Origin: Bacteriovoracaceae bacterium
GTDB lineage: Bacteria > Bdellovibrionota > Bacteriovoracia > Bacteriovoracales > Bacteriovoracaceae
Reading direction: 5' to 3'
NCBI GenBank assembly: GCA_018649885.1
Contig: JABIHA010000041.1
Coordinates: forward strand, 1-53,764
DNA length: 53,764 nt
Below the pieces are notes generated by a model. The model was not told the origin of the DNA. It did no database searches and saw nothing but the letters and a program-made list of their open reading frames with translations. Positions 28,348 to 38,628 of this stretch are shown here, piece after piece. Position 1 is the stretch's first letter; the number at the start of each line of letters is the position of its first letter. A program made the position numbers and the translations under genes.

Positions 28348-29510
28348 AACTCGCTGACCTGCTTTCTAAGTATCCTAATATTGAATTGATGGACAACAAA
28401 AGAGGGCCAGAATTGGCGACTTTTTTATCAAGTGCCAAAATAAAAGTTGGGGAAATGGAGTTAAAATACCAATTTGATATGGACCCCAGCATATTTGGGC
28501 GAGCGCAAGGAGTAGGCAGTATTCGTTTCATCATGACCAATAATGATCGAAGTATTCAAGGATATGCCGTATTCACATTCAAGACTTGCATGATAAAAGG
28601 GGCACTCAAGCAGGCCATTTATATAAGCGATTTACGGGCCGGCCGAAAATTGAGCCTAAGCGCCAGAAGACAGTGGAAATCATCCTTTGAAGATATCATG
28701 AAAAATCACCGTGAAATTGATGAGCTCAAAAGAGCTGCATATATTTTTGGTGCCATTTTCGATAAAAACCGTAGCGCTCGAAATTTCATGGAAAAATACA
28801 AGCGTATTCAATTCGATCCTCTATATCAGTATCACGCAATCAGTTTAATTGGACGAAACTTTCTAAAAAAGTTCCCACCAATAAAAGCAAGTACTTTTCG
28901 GTATCAAAGATTGACTGGTAATGGTGAAACAAAACTCATAGAATTCTACCACCTACAAAATTCAAAAAAATACTGGGGAGAATTTTACAATGGACTTGGT
29001 ACTAATGATGAATGGGAAAGAAGAAAAAAAACGTGGCCCGGATATCAAATCAAAGATTTTATATGTATTTTTAATTCTGCTGGAAAAATCGTTGGAGGAG
29101 TACTTCCTTGGTCCCCTTCTTCTATGAGAAAAATTGTCATTGATAAAGTTACAGATAAACAGCGATTGTTTAACTTTGGGCTCAAGTGCGTTGGCAAAAA
29201 TTCGTTTAACGAGGGACAGGAAATGAAGATCCTCTATCTCACCCATCTTGAAATTGATAGAACTCTTAGTATCAAAGAACAAAGAGAAGTCTTCTCATTA
29301 ATTCTATCTAAGGTATATCGTTTAAAAATTCCACGCCTGTACCATATTGTCAGCTTTTGTCTTTCACAAAGTGACCCTCTTCTAAGAGTTCTTAAAGGAG
29401 ATATTGTAGAATATATTCCTTCAACAATTTATCAGCTAAACTGGAAAGAAAACAACTACTCGGTACTGCCCACAATGAAAGAAATGAGTTTTGAGCCCGC
29501 TATCTCCTAG
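28344..29510 (+). CDS. Hypothetical protein with duplicated GNAT-like fold
   Basis: ATGA coupling; IQGYAV..AIYISDLR..N.SA and KIVGGV.PW..ILYLTHL segments. Confidence 0.6.
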   Translation: MKLADLLSKYPNIELMDNKRGPELATFLSSAKIKVGEMELKYQFDMDPSIFGRAQGVGSIRFIMTNNDRSIQGYAVFTFKTCMIKGALKQAIYISDLRAGRKLSLSARRQWKSSFEDIMKNHREIDELKRAAYIFGAIFDKNRSARNFMEKYKRIQFDPLYQYHAISLIGRNFLKKFPPIKASTFRYQRLTGNGETKLIEFYHLQNSKKYWGEFYNGLGTNDEWERRKKTWPGYQIKDFICIFNSAGKIVGGVLPWSPSSMRKIVIDKVTDKQRLFNFGLKCVGKNSFNEGQEMKILYLTHLEIDRTLSIKEQREVFSLILSKVYRLKIPRLYHIVSFCLSQSDPLLRVLKGDIVEYIPSTIYQLNWKENNYSVLPTMKEMSFEPAIS

Positions 29511-29518
29511 GACTCCCT

Positions 29519-30262
29519 TCAGGTTGCATTTTTTAGAGCTAGCCACGCCACATAACTATCAGGGTTACCGGGGTCATCTATCACAGATTTTTCTACAACC
29601 TCAAAACCATGGTCAGCAAATTCTTGTTCGAGATCTCTCACTTTTTTTATTCTTCGATGGGAAAAAACTTTTCTGCCATCGATCTCTGTCCAATCCATGT
29701 CCCAGTCTTCATTTCCAGTGCTCCAAAGAATGTCTTCTTTCAAAAGGATATGGGGTGCTGTTAAGAAATTAGACATATCGTCAGAGTGCACCATGGTATG
29801 GATAAATAACTTTCCATGGTCATTAATTATGTTTTTAGCGAGATCAAAAAACTTTTTTCTATCCTCATCTGTTACGAGACAATGAAGAAATGAACTATCT
29901 GTAATTAAATCAAATTTTTCACTACATTCTAAAGATAGAATATCACCACAAAAAAAATCTGTATCGAGTTTAAAGTAAGCAGCATTTTCTAAGGCCTTCG
30001 ATATGGCCGTTTCAGAAATATCATGGCCTCTTGCTTTGAAACCATACTTTGAAAGATAAAGCGCACAAGTCCCCATTCCCGTTCCAAGGTCAATTGCCGA
30101 TTTCTCTGTGGGATCTTTAAAGTAATGACTTAATCTTTTTTCAAGGCTTACTATGATCTCGTGGTCAAAGATTTTATCTCTATCAGTCTCACCATCCCAA
30201 GCAACTGCCCCATTTTGGGCCAGGACCTTGTAAGCCTCTTTGTGTATTTCATAGTATTTCAT
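29519..30262 (-). CDS. Class I SAM-dependent methyltransferase
   Basis: IDLGTGMG, HDIS..AI, FDLITDSSFLH motifs. Confidence 0.9.
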   Translation of the reverse strand: MKYYEIHKEAYKVLAQNGAVAWDGETDRDKIFDHEIIVSLEKRLSHYFKDPTEKSAIDLGTGMGTCALYLSKYGFKARGHDISETAISKALENAAYFKLDTDFFCGDILSLECSEKFDLITDSSFLHCLVTDEDRKKFFDLAKNIINDHGKLFIHTMVHSDDMSNFLTAPHILLKEDILWSTGNEDWDMDWTEIDGRKVFSHRRIKKVRDLEQEFADHGFEVVEKSVIDDPGNPDSYVAWLALKNAT

Positions 30263-30340
30263 GACCTTGACCTCATTGGTGTGAGTAGTTCACTTACAGT
30301 TTACAAGGGATGGATCTTCGAGTCACGTGAGGATATTGTG

Positions 30341-30844
30341 TTACTCAGTGCCATCAAGGGAAGCAGGAGCTTCACATTCGTAGTAACTAATCCTAGAAAC
30401 TACATCTTCTTCAATGGACAGCCAGCGTTTTTCAGCACTAATAACTCCACGTTTTTCGTCAATAGTCAGTGTCCGTTTTTCAATCGGAAACATAAGCAGG
30501 CTGAGAATGGCATAACCAGGATGGTAAAAATGTCGCTGCATCTCCATTACTCCCTGTTCATTCAAAGACCATTTTTTTTTCTTCCGAATCCTAAATTGAG
30601 TCACAACTCTAGCGCCATTGCCAAATCCCCCATAGGATCTTTGAATGAATATTTTCTTGCCATTATCAATGATTTTGACCCGTTTATCAGTAAATTCCCA
30701 ACTGATAATATCCCCTGTCACTGGATCATGGTGATTGACACGAATTGCACATTCGTAGAGAACTCTTCCTTCTTTGAAAAATTTAGCTGCTAAACATGGC
30801 TGAAGCGCCGTTAAAAAGATGCAGAAAATCAACAGATTGTTCAT
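30341..30844 (-). CDS. Secreted hypothetical protein
   Basis: GGAGG RBS, then signal peptide MNNLLIFCIFLTALQPCLA. Confidence 0.7.
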   Translation of the reverse strand: MNNLLIFCIFLTALQPCLAAKFFKEGRVLYECAIRVNHHDPVTGDIISWEFTDKRVKIIDNGKKIFIQRSYGGFGNGARVVTQFRIRKKKKWSLNEQGVMEMQRHFYHPGYAILSLLMFPIEKRTLTIDEKRGVISAEKRWLSIEEDVVSRISYYECEAPASLDGTE

Positions 30845-30930
30845 TCGAACCTCCAATAATTTTCCCAAGCACATTATATATACTACAAAATGCCTTCCAA
30901 GCTTCTCAAATTGAAAAAAATACTTACAAA

Positions 30931-30962
30931 AAGGCACGAATACTAAAAAATATTCGTGCCTT
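30931..30962 (-). terminator. Intrinsic terminator of the RRM gene
   Basis: 12-bp IR AAGGCACGAATA / TATTCGTGCCTT followed by a T-run on the minus strand. Confidence 0.75.
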
Positions 30963-30985
30963 GGTATAATAAAATTTTGAATTTA

Positions 30986-31297
30986 TTAGTAGCGATTGCC
31001 TCTGCTATTACTGTCAAAATCACGACGATTTCCACCACCGGTTCTTGGCTCCATTGGCTTGGCAATATTAACTTTCATTGCTCTGCCTTCACAGTCCTGA
31101 CCATCAAATTTATCAATCGCCCCCTGGGCCTCATCATCACTGGCCATTTCTACAAACCCAAAGCCCTTGCTTCGGCCTGAATCTCTGTCAGTAATAAGCT
31201 TAGCTGAGTCAACAGTTCCACATTGTGAAAATTTATCATGTAATGTTTGTTCAGTTGCTGAAAAGGGAAGGTTTCCCACATACAATTTCTTAGACAT
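30986..31297 (-). CDS. RRM (RNP-1) RNA-binding protein
   Basis: KLYVGNL (RNP2), KGFGFVEM (RNP1), Gly/Arg-rich tail. Confidence 0.96.
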   Translation of the reverse strand: MSKKLYVGNLPFSATEQTLHDKFSQCGTVDSAKLITDRDSGRSKGFGFVEMASDDEAQGAIDKFDGQDCEGRAMKVNIAKPMEPRTGGGNRRDFDSNSRGNRY

Positions 31298-31470
31298 TTG
31301 GATTTCTCTCTCTTTTTAATTGTTCCTATTGTTCTTTTATTAACACACGATATTAAGTAGTGGAAAGTAAAGAATAATTAAGCCATGACCAGGCAAGTCT
31401 TTTGATTTCTATTTCAAAGCATCAAATACTATGCTATTTCGAATGCTCTAAACTTCGCACAAGGGCCTTG

Positions 31471-32208
31471 ATGCGGAAAAGGTTGACCGCACAAGTGACT
31501 CAAATCAATGAATTAATAAGAAAAAGTGACTTCTTTATCCCAGCTATTGACCAAGATGACCGACAGCACGCAACTCACGTTGATAAAGTCCTTGGGTTTA
31601 ATATTGCCAAGATTGAACAAAAGCTGCTGGGCAAATATCGTGCTTTTTTTAAAAAATCAGATAATGCAAATAGAAAAAATCACTACCAGGGGACCCAAAC
31701 GTGGATTGGTCTTCACCCTCAAGTGCTGCTCACTCCTTACGCTGAGATATCTCACTTCCTATCACTTTTTAAAAAATATGACCCAAAGACTATTGTCGAT
31801 CTAGGTGCTGGATACGGCAGGGTTGGAATAGTCATGAATGCGCTCTTACCCAAGGCCTCTTTTATTGGTTATGAGATCCTTGATGTCAGAGTCAAAGAAG
31901 CACAAAGAGTTTTTGAAAAATACGGTCTTGAAAATTGTGAAATGAGATCTCAAAATATATTAGATAAATCATTTGAAATGCCAAAGGCCGATGTTTATTT
32001 TATTTATGACTTTAGCGATCCCCTTGATCTTAGAATTATTTTAAAGAGACTATCTGAAAAACTATCAACCCAGCGTTTTTTTATTGTGGCCCGTGGTGAT
32101 GGTATTCGCTCATTGATACAGCTCAAATTTCCAGAGTTTTGGGCCGTTCATGGTGCTATCCACAAAAAACAGTGGAGTATTTATTCATCATATTGTGACC
32201 TAGATTAA
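31471..32208 (+). CDS. Class I SAM-dependent methyltransferase (DOT1-like motif layout)
   Basis: TPY, VDLGAGYGR, IGYEI, ADVYFIYDF motifs. Confidence 0.8.
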   Translation: MRKRLTAQVTQINELIRKSDFFIPAIDQDDRQHATHVDKVLGFNIAKIEQKLLGKYRAFFKKSDNANRKNHYQGTQTWIGLHPQVLLTPYAEISHFLSLFKKYDPKTIVDLGAGYGRVGIVMNALLPKASFIGYEILDVRVKEAQRVFEKYGLENCEMRSQNILDKSFEMPKADVYFIYDFSDPLDLRIILKRLSEKLSTQRFFIVARGDGIRSLIQLKFPEFWAVHGAIHKKQWSIYSSYCDLD

Positions 32209-32232
32209 TCCCTTACAAAAACCATACTTTTA

Positions 32233-32538
32233 CTAGTAGAGCATTAATCCTATCCCTACGATAGAAAGAGAAATCCCAATCCAGTAATTTTTTTTAAGTT
32301 GTTTTGAAATTTTTCGGGCCCCAATTGTGCAGTAATCTCCCTTCTTATATTGTGATATTTTCGCATAGAGCATTAATAGAAAACCAAATACCCAAATAGA
32401 ATAAGCAAAAATTTTTGGATCATCTTGATTGATGTAAAGAATTGCTCTTTCATGAAGAAGTGTATACCCAATGCCAATGGCCGAAATGGTCAATAGTCCG
32501 TCGATCAGAAATTCTTTGACACAAACTCTATTATTCAA
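32233..32538 (-). CDS. Small membrane protein (3 TM)
   Basis: Three hydrophobic segments; AGGAGG RBS. Confidence 0.7.
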   Translation of the reverse strand: MNNRVCVKEFLIDGLLTISAIGIGYTLLHERAILYINQDDPKIFAYSIWVFGFLLMLYAKISQYKKGDYCTIGARKISKQLKKNYWIGISLSIVGIGLMLY

Positions 32539-32689
32539 ATTGCCTCCTTTGTTAGATGTATACTGGTTATGGATTAGTTGAGGTTCCCATAAACTACCGG
32601 AGATAAGTCAGCCCAGTGTCAATTTAAAGTAATTTTTTAGGCCTAGATTTGATAGATGTGCTTTGGTTAAATCTATAATAAAATGAATT

Positions 32690-33721
32690 ATGCGAAAATT
32701 ATGGCTCTCCTCATTTTTGATTGTAAGTCTTGTGCCTTGTGGATCTCTTTATTCTCGTGTCTCACCAATTGATCAAGCACATACCGATTTTTCAAGATCA
32801 ATCCTTACTCTCTCCAATTGGCTTGATTCATTTTTTGGGGATGTAAAATCTCTTGAGGATAAAAATGGAACCAATCTCAGGATCTATACACTCTCACTAA
32901 AAAAAGAGAGAGAAGAGTTAAATAATGAAATCAACTTCAAGTTTCAAATCAATTTACCCAATCTTAAAAAACGCTTAAATTTTACCCTTGAGAAATCTTC
33001 CGCTAAAAGTAAGGAAGAGTTCACGGCAACTAAAGAGACCAATGCAGATCCAGCTGCTACTCAAAATAGTGATGTCAAAGCTGGTCTTTCTTATTTTCTA
33101 TTTGATAAAGACGAATATAATATAAAATTATCTAGTGGTATCCGCTTAAGATGGCCTCCTTACCCATACGCCAATCTACGCTTTAGTCACAACGTCCCTA
33201 TTGGTAAGCTAAAAATCTCTCATATCGCTAATTCATTTTGGGAGCTTAACAATTGCAATTCAAAGAAATACCGAGTTTGCTACGGGGAAATTCTCACCCA
33301 AGATTTTGACTATGCTTTTAGCCGAAAGGCCGTTGTTAGATGGACTAACAATGCCATTTGGAATTTTAAAATGAACTCATTTTCTCTCGAGATAGGTCCC
33401 TCGTTTTACTATATTTTCTCAAAAAGAAGAGCGGCTTCTCTAAATTTAAGATCCCACTTTAATGATACGGAACTTTTTTCGCTTAAATCTCACACACTCA
33501 GCACAAACTACCGGCAACGATTCCACAAAGACTGGTTATTTGGAGAGATCGGAATTTTTTCAACACTTCAGCGTGCTTATCATTGGAGAGATGATTGGGG
33601 AGTTGTTTTAAAACTAGAAGCCATTTTACCAGGAGAGAATTGGCCCGTGAACAACTTCCCTAGGCAACGCTTCCAGCGGAAATCCACAGATTTGTTCCAA
33701 ATCAGCAAACTCTTGAAATAA
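32690..33721 (+). CDS. Putative outer-membrane beta-barrel protein
   Basis: Signal peptide, WLDSFFG motif, alternating amphipathic strands, DWLFGE near the end. Confidence 0.65.
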   Translation: MRKLWLSSFLIVSLVPCGSLYSRVSPIDQAHTDFSRSILTLSNWLDSFFGDVKSLEDKNGTNLRIYTLSLKKEREELNNEINFKFQINLPNLKKRLNFTLEKSSAKSKEEFTATKETNADPAATQNSDVKAGLSYFLFDKDEYNIKLSSGIRLRWPPYPYANLRFSHNVPIGKLKISHIANSFWELNNCNSKKYRVCYGEILTQDFDYAFSRKAVVRWTNNAIWNFKMNSFSLEIGPSFYYIFSKRRAASLNLRSHFNDTELFSLKSHTLSTNYRQRFHKDWLFGEIGIFSTLQRAYHWRDDWGVVLKLEAILPGENWPVNNFPRQRFQRKSTDLFQISKLLK

Positions 33722-33762
33722 AAGAGTGTGCTAATCCGCAACCACCCCTGTAACCTGAATCT

Positions 33763-34557
33763 TTGATGAAGAAATCAACCCTCTCACAAGGAATTACTTT
33801 GGAGAACTACTACCTCTATTGTCTGGTTATATTTATCTTTTTTTATGGTGTCAGCATTACATTAACTTCGGTATTTTATCACCGCGCCATCACTCACAGT
33901 GCAATTGAGCTTAATCCAATCTTAAAGTCTATTTTCCTTAAAAGCAGTGTTTGGTTGACCGGAATAGAGCCCAAGGGCTGGGCCTGCATGCACAGGATGC
34001 ATCACCAATACTCAGATGGTCCGAGTGACCCCCACTCTCCCCATAACAATGGAGTGTTCGGTTTATTTTTGGCGCAATCAAAAAAGTACGAAGAGATCTT
34101 GGATCAAATACGCAGTAAAGACCCTAAAATCATGAGTGTCATAGAAGATTTGGATTTCCCACTTCACCCACTGTATCAAAGTGGAAGTCTTATATGGCTT
34201 ACTCCCTATTTTTCACACGCAGCCTTGGCATTGTGTTTTGGATACTTCACTGGATTTTGGCTTATGGGTGCATGTTATTTTGTAGGCCTTATGTCTCACC
34301 CGGTTCAAGGGTGGATGGTCAACTCCTTCGGGCATTTTAGTGGAAAAAGGAATTTTGATCTCCCAGATAAATCCACCAACAATTTTTTTGTTATGTTATT
34401 ATGTCTTGGAGAGGGACTCCAAAATAACCATCACCAGTACCCAGACGCAGCTAAATTTTCTTTAAAGTGGTATGAGATTGATATGGGATACAGCATTTGT
34501 CTTGTTCTATCCTGGCTAGGCCTACTAAAATTCAGCGCAAATTCAAAAGTGCCTTAA
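33763..34557 (+). CDS. Membrane fatty acid (delta-9 acyl-CoA-type) desaturase
   Basis: His boxes HRAITH, HRMHH, DPHSP and GEGLQNNHH. Confidence 0.93.
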   Translation: MMKKSTLSQGITLENYYLYCLVIFIFFYGVSITLTSVFYHRAITHSAIELNPILKSIFLKSSVWLTGIEPKGWACMHRMHHQYSDGPSDPHSPHNNGVFGLFLAQSKKYEEILDQIRSKDPKIMSVIEDLDFPLHPLYQSGSLIWLTPYFSHAALALCFGYFTGFWLMGACYFVGLMSHPVQGWMVNSFGHFSGKRNFDLPDKSTNNFFVMLLCLGEGLQNNHHQYPDAAKFSLKWYEIDMGYSICLVLSWLGLLKFSANSKVP

Positions 34558-34750
34558 GTTTTTTTTATGAAAATGGGGATCAACCCATCAAAGAGTTCTA
34601 CGGCACGCAACAGCTGAACTCTAATAATTACTATCAGTTATATCTCAATTCCCTTTTAGAAAGCTAGTTAAGTCTGTAGCATTATCAAAATTCTTGTGGG
34701 ACAATTGATCAACTATTTTTTAGAAGTTTACTTAATAAAAGGATTTAAAG

Positions 34751-35080
34751 ATGGCTGAAGAGAAGGGTTTAAAAAAACCAGTAAAATTAAAATCAGAACT
34801 CGCGTCAATGCTGGGAGAAACACAGCTGCCAAGAACAGAAATTACAAAAAAGCTTTGGGATTATATTAAGGCCAACAAACTTCAAACAAAAATTGAAAAT
34901 GGTGCGCCTGAGAATGCAGGGAAATACATTGTTGCCGATGCAACACTACTTGCTATCTTTAAAAATACTAAATCCACCAGCAAGTCTGGCAAGCTAACTG
35001 ACCTAACAAGTATGAAAGAAGGCGAGACTATCAACATGATGCAAATGGCAGCGGTTGTTGGTGCTAATATTGAATCTTAA
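34751..35080 (+). CDS. SWIB/MDM2 domain protein
   Basis: LKSELA..LG...LPRTEITKKLWDYIKANKLQ motif. Confidence 0.9.
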   Translation: MAEEKGLKKPVKLKSELASMLGETQLPRTEITKKLWDYIKANKLQTKIENGAPENAGKYIVADATLLAIFKNTKSTSKSGKLTDLTSMKEGETINMMQMAAVVGANIES

Positions 35081-35095
35081 AAATTGTGCATAAAA

Positions 35096-35119
35096 AAAGG
35101 GAGTTTTAAAACTCCCTTT
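35096..35119. terminator. Bidirectional terminator between the convergent SWIB and csp genes
   Basis: Perfect palindrome AAAGGGAGTTTT/AAAACTCCCTTT. Confidence 0.8.
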
Positions 35120-35146
35120 CCAAAAAAATAATTAAATATATAATTA

Positions 35147-35341
35147 TTATAATTTTCTAACCTGAACAGCACAAGGACCTTTTTGACCTTCGCCTACTTC
35201 GTACTCAACTTTGTCATCATCATTAAGCTGACCTTGCTCGATAGCTGAGATGTGAACAAAAAGATCTTTCCCGCCATCATCTGGAGTAATAAATCCAAAA
35301 CCTTTTGACTCATTAAAAAACTTTACTCTACCTGTACTCAT
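35147..35341 (-). CDS. cspA: Cold-shock protein (CspA family)
   Basis: [31 protein letters not shown]. Confidence 0.95.
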   Translation of the reverse strand: MSTGRVKFFNESKGFGFITPDDGGKDLFVHISAIEQGQLNDDDKVEYEVGEGQKGPCAVQVRKL

Positions 35342-35546
35342 AATTTTTCCTTATCCTTAATAATAAACATTTACATAAATGTTCAATAACCAATTATACT
35401 CACATATAACGGGCTCAGTATAGGACTTGGATTCCAAAAAGTAAAATGCTCTTTACAAGATAATTGTAGCTGGACTACCCTGAGAAAAGGGCTGGCGTGA
35501 GCTACTTGCACTGCATCACTTAAACTCAAAAGGATTGAACTAACAA

Positions 35547-35978
35547 ATGGATGAGCTAACTTATGAAAATGATGAGGGTGATACAGTCTATACCTCACAA
35601 TATTTAAAAAATAGAGGACATTGCTGTAACACCAATTGCCTTCACTGCCCTTTTGGTACGACACTAAAAAACTTAGGAGTTCAGTTTTCTGAAGTAAATT
35701 TAAATCAAATAAAAGCTGCCGAGGAGATAATCTTAGGAAAAAAGGTAGGTGGGAATGATATTAGTGCGTCGCTTCTTACAGGTGCCTTTGGCAAACCAAG
35801 CCGTAGCATTGATATTTCATCCAAGAATATAGCATCATTTAAATTTATACTGATTAAGAATACTAGGTGCGGCCTGGCCCATCTGGGCGAATCTGGTATC
35901 AAAGATATTTTTCTTTTACCCCATTTTCAAAATCAAGGCCTAGATAAGGACACAGTCCAGTCATACCTTGAATTTTAA
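35547..35978 (+). CDS. Protein with N-terminal Cys-rich DUF5522-like domain
   Basis: VYTSQYLKNRGHCCNTNCLHCPFG. Confidence 0.75.
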   Translation: MDELTYENDEGDTVYTSQYLKNRGHCCNTNCLHCPFGTTLKNLGVQFSEVNLNQIKAAEEIILGKKVGGNDISASLLTGAFGKPSRSIDISSKNIASFKFILIKNTRCGLAHLGESGIKDIFLLPHFQNQGLDKDTVQSYLEF

Positions 35979-36187
35979 TTGACCACTTTAACTGTTTGAC
36001 CTGCAAACTCTACAACCTGCATAGGCCTTATTTTACAACGTTTTCGCAGCTCAACCTCTCCATCGACTACTGCTTGGCCTTCTGAAATAGCTTGCTTTGC
36101 ATGGCCTCCAGACTCGCAAAGTCCCACTCTTTTTAATAAATCGCAAAGAGCTATGTACTCTCTGCCCTCAAGTTTAAACTCTTCCAT
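35975..36187 (-). CDS. ybcJ: S4-like ribosome-associated RNA-binding protein (YbcJ/YaaA)
   Basis: YIALCDLLK..GLCESGGHAK..I.EG...VDGEVELRKRCKI; GAGGAG RBS. Confidence 0.88.
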   Translation of the reverse strand: MEEFKLEGREYIALCDLLKRVGLCESGGHAKQAISEGQAVVDGEVELRKRCKIRPMQVVEFAGQTVKVVN

Positions 36188-36414
36188 TGCCTTATTTCTC
36201 CTCAAGCAGTCTATATATACTCGCGTGAGCAAGGTTTTCAAGTAAAGATTTAAGCCGATCAAAATTGTTGTATAATTTTATTTCCTAAAAAAGAGCTCCC
36301 CCCCCTTTTGTTAATTGGATCATTTTGCCCCGTTTCCCGAGAGCCCATCCTAGAACGGCTAAAGGAGTCTCTGAGTAACCCGATCGGTTGGGGCGAGAAT
36401 AAAAAGGGGCGAAA

Positions 36415-38619
36415 TTGAAAAACTTGAAGACAATGTTGTGGCCAATTTTATCTATTATTTTTCTATCACTGGCCTCATGTAAGTTTAATGATCCACCTCC
36501 AGCAAATAGTATTTTAAATGGAAGTGCTGCTGGAAATGGCTGCCAACTTAATGCTGAAAAGATAGAAAGGTTTTTTGAAGAAATCATTACCTCCGAATTA
36601 GATTGTATTGAATTGAGTCTTTTAATATACGCACAGGTCGACCAAAGAGTTCGCACAAGTAATGTGAATAAAAGTGAGCTCAAACAATTCTTAAAAGTTT
36701 TTGTGGGATCCACACAAAAACAAATTGATGGCACAAATATATTATTTTTTATTAACCATCTTATATTCGATAAAAATAAAAATGATATTAATGTTGATGA
36801 TATTGGAGCTCTTTTTGCATTTTTAAAAGAGATAAATCGACTCGCCGTCCCTCTCGTCTCTTTATTTGAAAAGCTAAAACCTGGGATATTAGAAAAAGAA
36901 AATACTCAAAACTTAGAAAATATATTCACTCATTCACAAAATCTTTCTCACTACCTTTCACAAGTATTTATATCCTCTGGACAGTACCGCGCAGGATTTA
37001 ATATTGAAGAAATTCTCCGAAAATTTCTCGAGGGAGATAAGGCCAATATGATTGATCAAATAACACCTTTGTTATTTTTAAAAAATGTTGTTATGGGGGG
37101 GGAAGAGGGAGTAATCGAGGCAAGTGAATCACTTCATTTTTTTAGTCAAATTCCAGGTATTGTCAGAATGATTTATCGTGGGATCTCAATTGGTAAAGTT
37201 GCCTACAATAATTCATTTGGAGACTTAGCTAGCATTCGTGAAATTGTACTAGAATTTAAGTCTCATTTACATCACCGGGATGGTGAAAATGAAAGGTACT
37301 TTCACTACAATAAAATCATGAACCTCTCATACCTTGTCCCCAATTTTGAGTTTAGTTCTATTGAAAACTCAATTAAAGAATTTAAGCACTCAAAAATCCT
37401 AGGAAGTGAAAAACAATATGACCATTTTACTTATAAAAATTTTGCCACTATTTTAGATCACTGCTCATACGTCCTTTCAAAAACTATCTATTCAAATAAG
37501 AATTTGGATCAACATCATTCAATAATTCATTCAAAAAAGGGAATCAATTTTGACAAATTGGATAGTCTGCTTAAAGAGGAAAGTGATTTTAAAGCTTCAT
37601 TGGTCCAAATGTTAAAAGATTACCGAATTTTAAGAGATAGTACCCTTGTGCCCACCTATGATCATCAGATTAATTTCCCCAATTTTGGTATGGGAGAGGT
37701 AGTGGTTTTTGATCACTTAGCAAAGATATTTTTCGAGACTTATAGCACTGCCAAATCAAAGAGTGAATTTAAAAAAGAAAATCTACAGGGTTTGATCAAT
37801 AGGTATCAAGATTTAATCGTAGAGCTTAAAATGTGGAGAAACCCACCTGAAAAGCTAGTGGAAACAATATATTTAATGACCGATTACCTAAGGTTAAGTT
37901 CTGACTCAGATGGAAAAATAGATATTTCAGAAGTTGTCGAATTTGCTGTCATGGCACTTTCAAGTGGCCATATTACCTCAAGATTATATCAAGGCCTTGA
38001 TAGTCAATGCCGAGAGGAAAAATGTAATTACAATCATGAACAACAGGGAGTACCCACAAAGTATTTTTATGAAAATTCATTTGCGTTGTTCAAAAGATTT
38101 CAATCATCTTTTGAATTATTATTTAACGAATTTCAAACATCTTCTAAGGCCTGGACAAGGTATATTGAAAATGTTGCAACATTTGCTAGAGTATGCCCCT
38201 ATGACTACAAAGGGGCAACAGAAGTTAATATAAAAGAAAAGGATTTTGGCCAAATTTTGTCAGGCCTGATATCTATTGAAGAAATCTTTATTGGTTTTGA
38301 TAAAAACCAAAGTGGCATTCTTGAATACAATGAGCTTGAGGTAGCCGAGATTCATTTCAAACCACTGGTAATGGATCTAGGAAAACTCAGTGAAGGTGAA
38401 AAATATCTCACTAAATCCATTTTTTTCTATTTGGTAACAAAGAAACGTGTCCCCTCATCAATTGATGCTATTACCTTTTATGCTGAATTTAATTTAATCA
38501 AAAACCAAAGTAAAATATCGGCAGATAGAGAAGTTATCTCACAAGTATTAACAAATTTTGCTTCTATTGAGGATTTGCCTGAAGAAGACTGCTATATTGA
38601 TAAGCCGCTTCCATGGTAG
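36415..38619 (+). CDS. Large lipoprotein with EF-hand-like loops, function unknown
   Basis: Lipobox LASC; DSDGKIDISE and DKNQSGILEYNE loops. Confidence 0.75.
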   Translation: MKNLKTMLWPILSIIFLSLASCKFNDPPPANSILNGSAAGNGCQLNAEKIERFFEEIITSELDCIELSLLIYAQVDQRVRTSNVNKSELKQFLKVFVGSTQKQIDGTNILFFINHLIFDKNKNDINVDDIGALFAFLKEINRLAVPLVSLFEKLKPGILEKENTQNLENIFTHSQNLSHYLSQVFISSGQYRAGFNIEEILRKFLEGDKANMIDQITPLLFLKNVVMGGEEGVIEASESLHFFSQIPGIVRMIYRGISIGKVAYNNSFGDLASIREIVLEFKSHLHHRDGENERYFHYNKIMNLSYLVPNFEFSSIENSIKEFKHSKILGSEKQYDHFTYKNFATILDHCSYVLSKTIYSNKNLDQHHSIIHSKKGINFDKLDSLLKEESDFKASLVQMLKDYRILRDSTLVPTYDHQINFPNFGMGEVVVFDHLAKIFFETYSTAKSKSEFKKENLQGLINRYQDLIVELKMWRNPPEKLVETIYLMTDYLRLSSDSDGKIDISEVVEFAVMALSSGHITSRLYQGLDSQCREEKCNYNHEQQGVPTKYFYENSFALFKRFQSSFELLFNEFQTSSKAWTRYIENVATFARVCPYDYKGATEVNIKEKDFGQILSGLISIEEIFIGFDKNQSGILEYNELEVAEIHFKPLVMDLGKLSEGEKYLTKSIFFYLVTKKRVPSSIDAITFYAEFNLIKNQSKISADREVISQVLTNFASIEDLPEEDCYIDKPLPW

Positions 38620-38628
38620 TATTAGTTC

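Noticed and set aside
30161..30793. 210-aa plus-strand ORF
   Set aside because: Antisense shadow of two better-supported minus-strand genes.
33620..33721. Non-aromatic C-terminal tail on the putative beta-barrel, suggesting a frameshift
   Set aside because: Cannot be distinguished from a natural extension without homolog alignment.
36285..36734. 149-aa minus-strand ORF
   Set aside because: Antisense to the lipoprotein gene and its leader; no motif.
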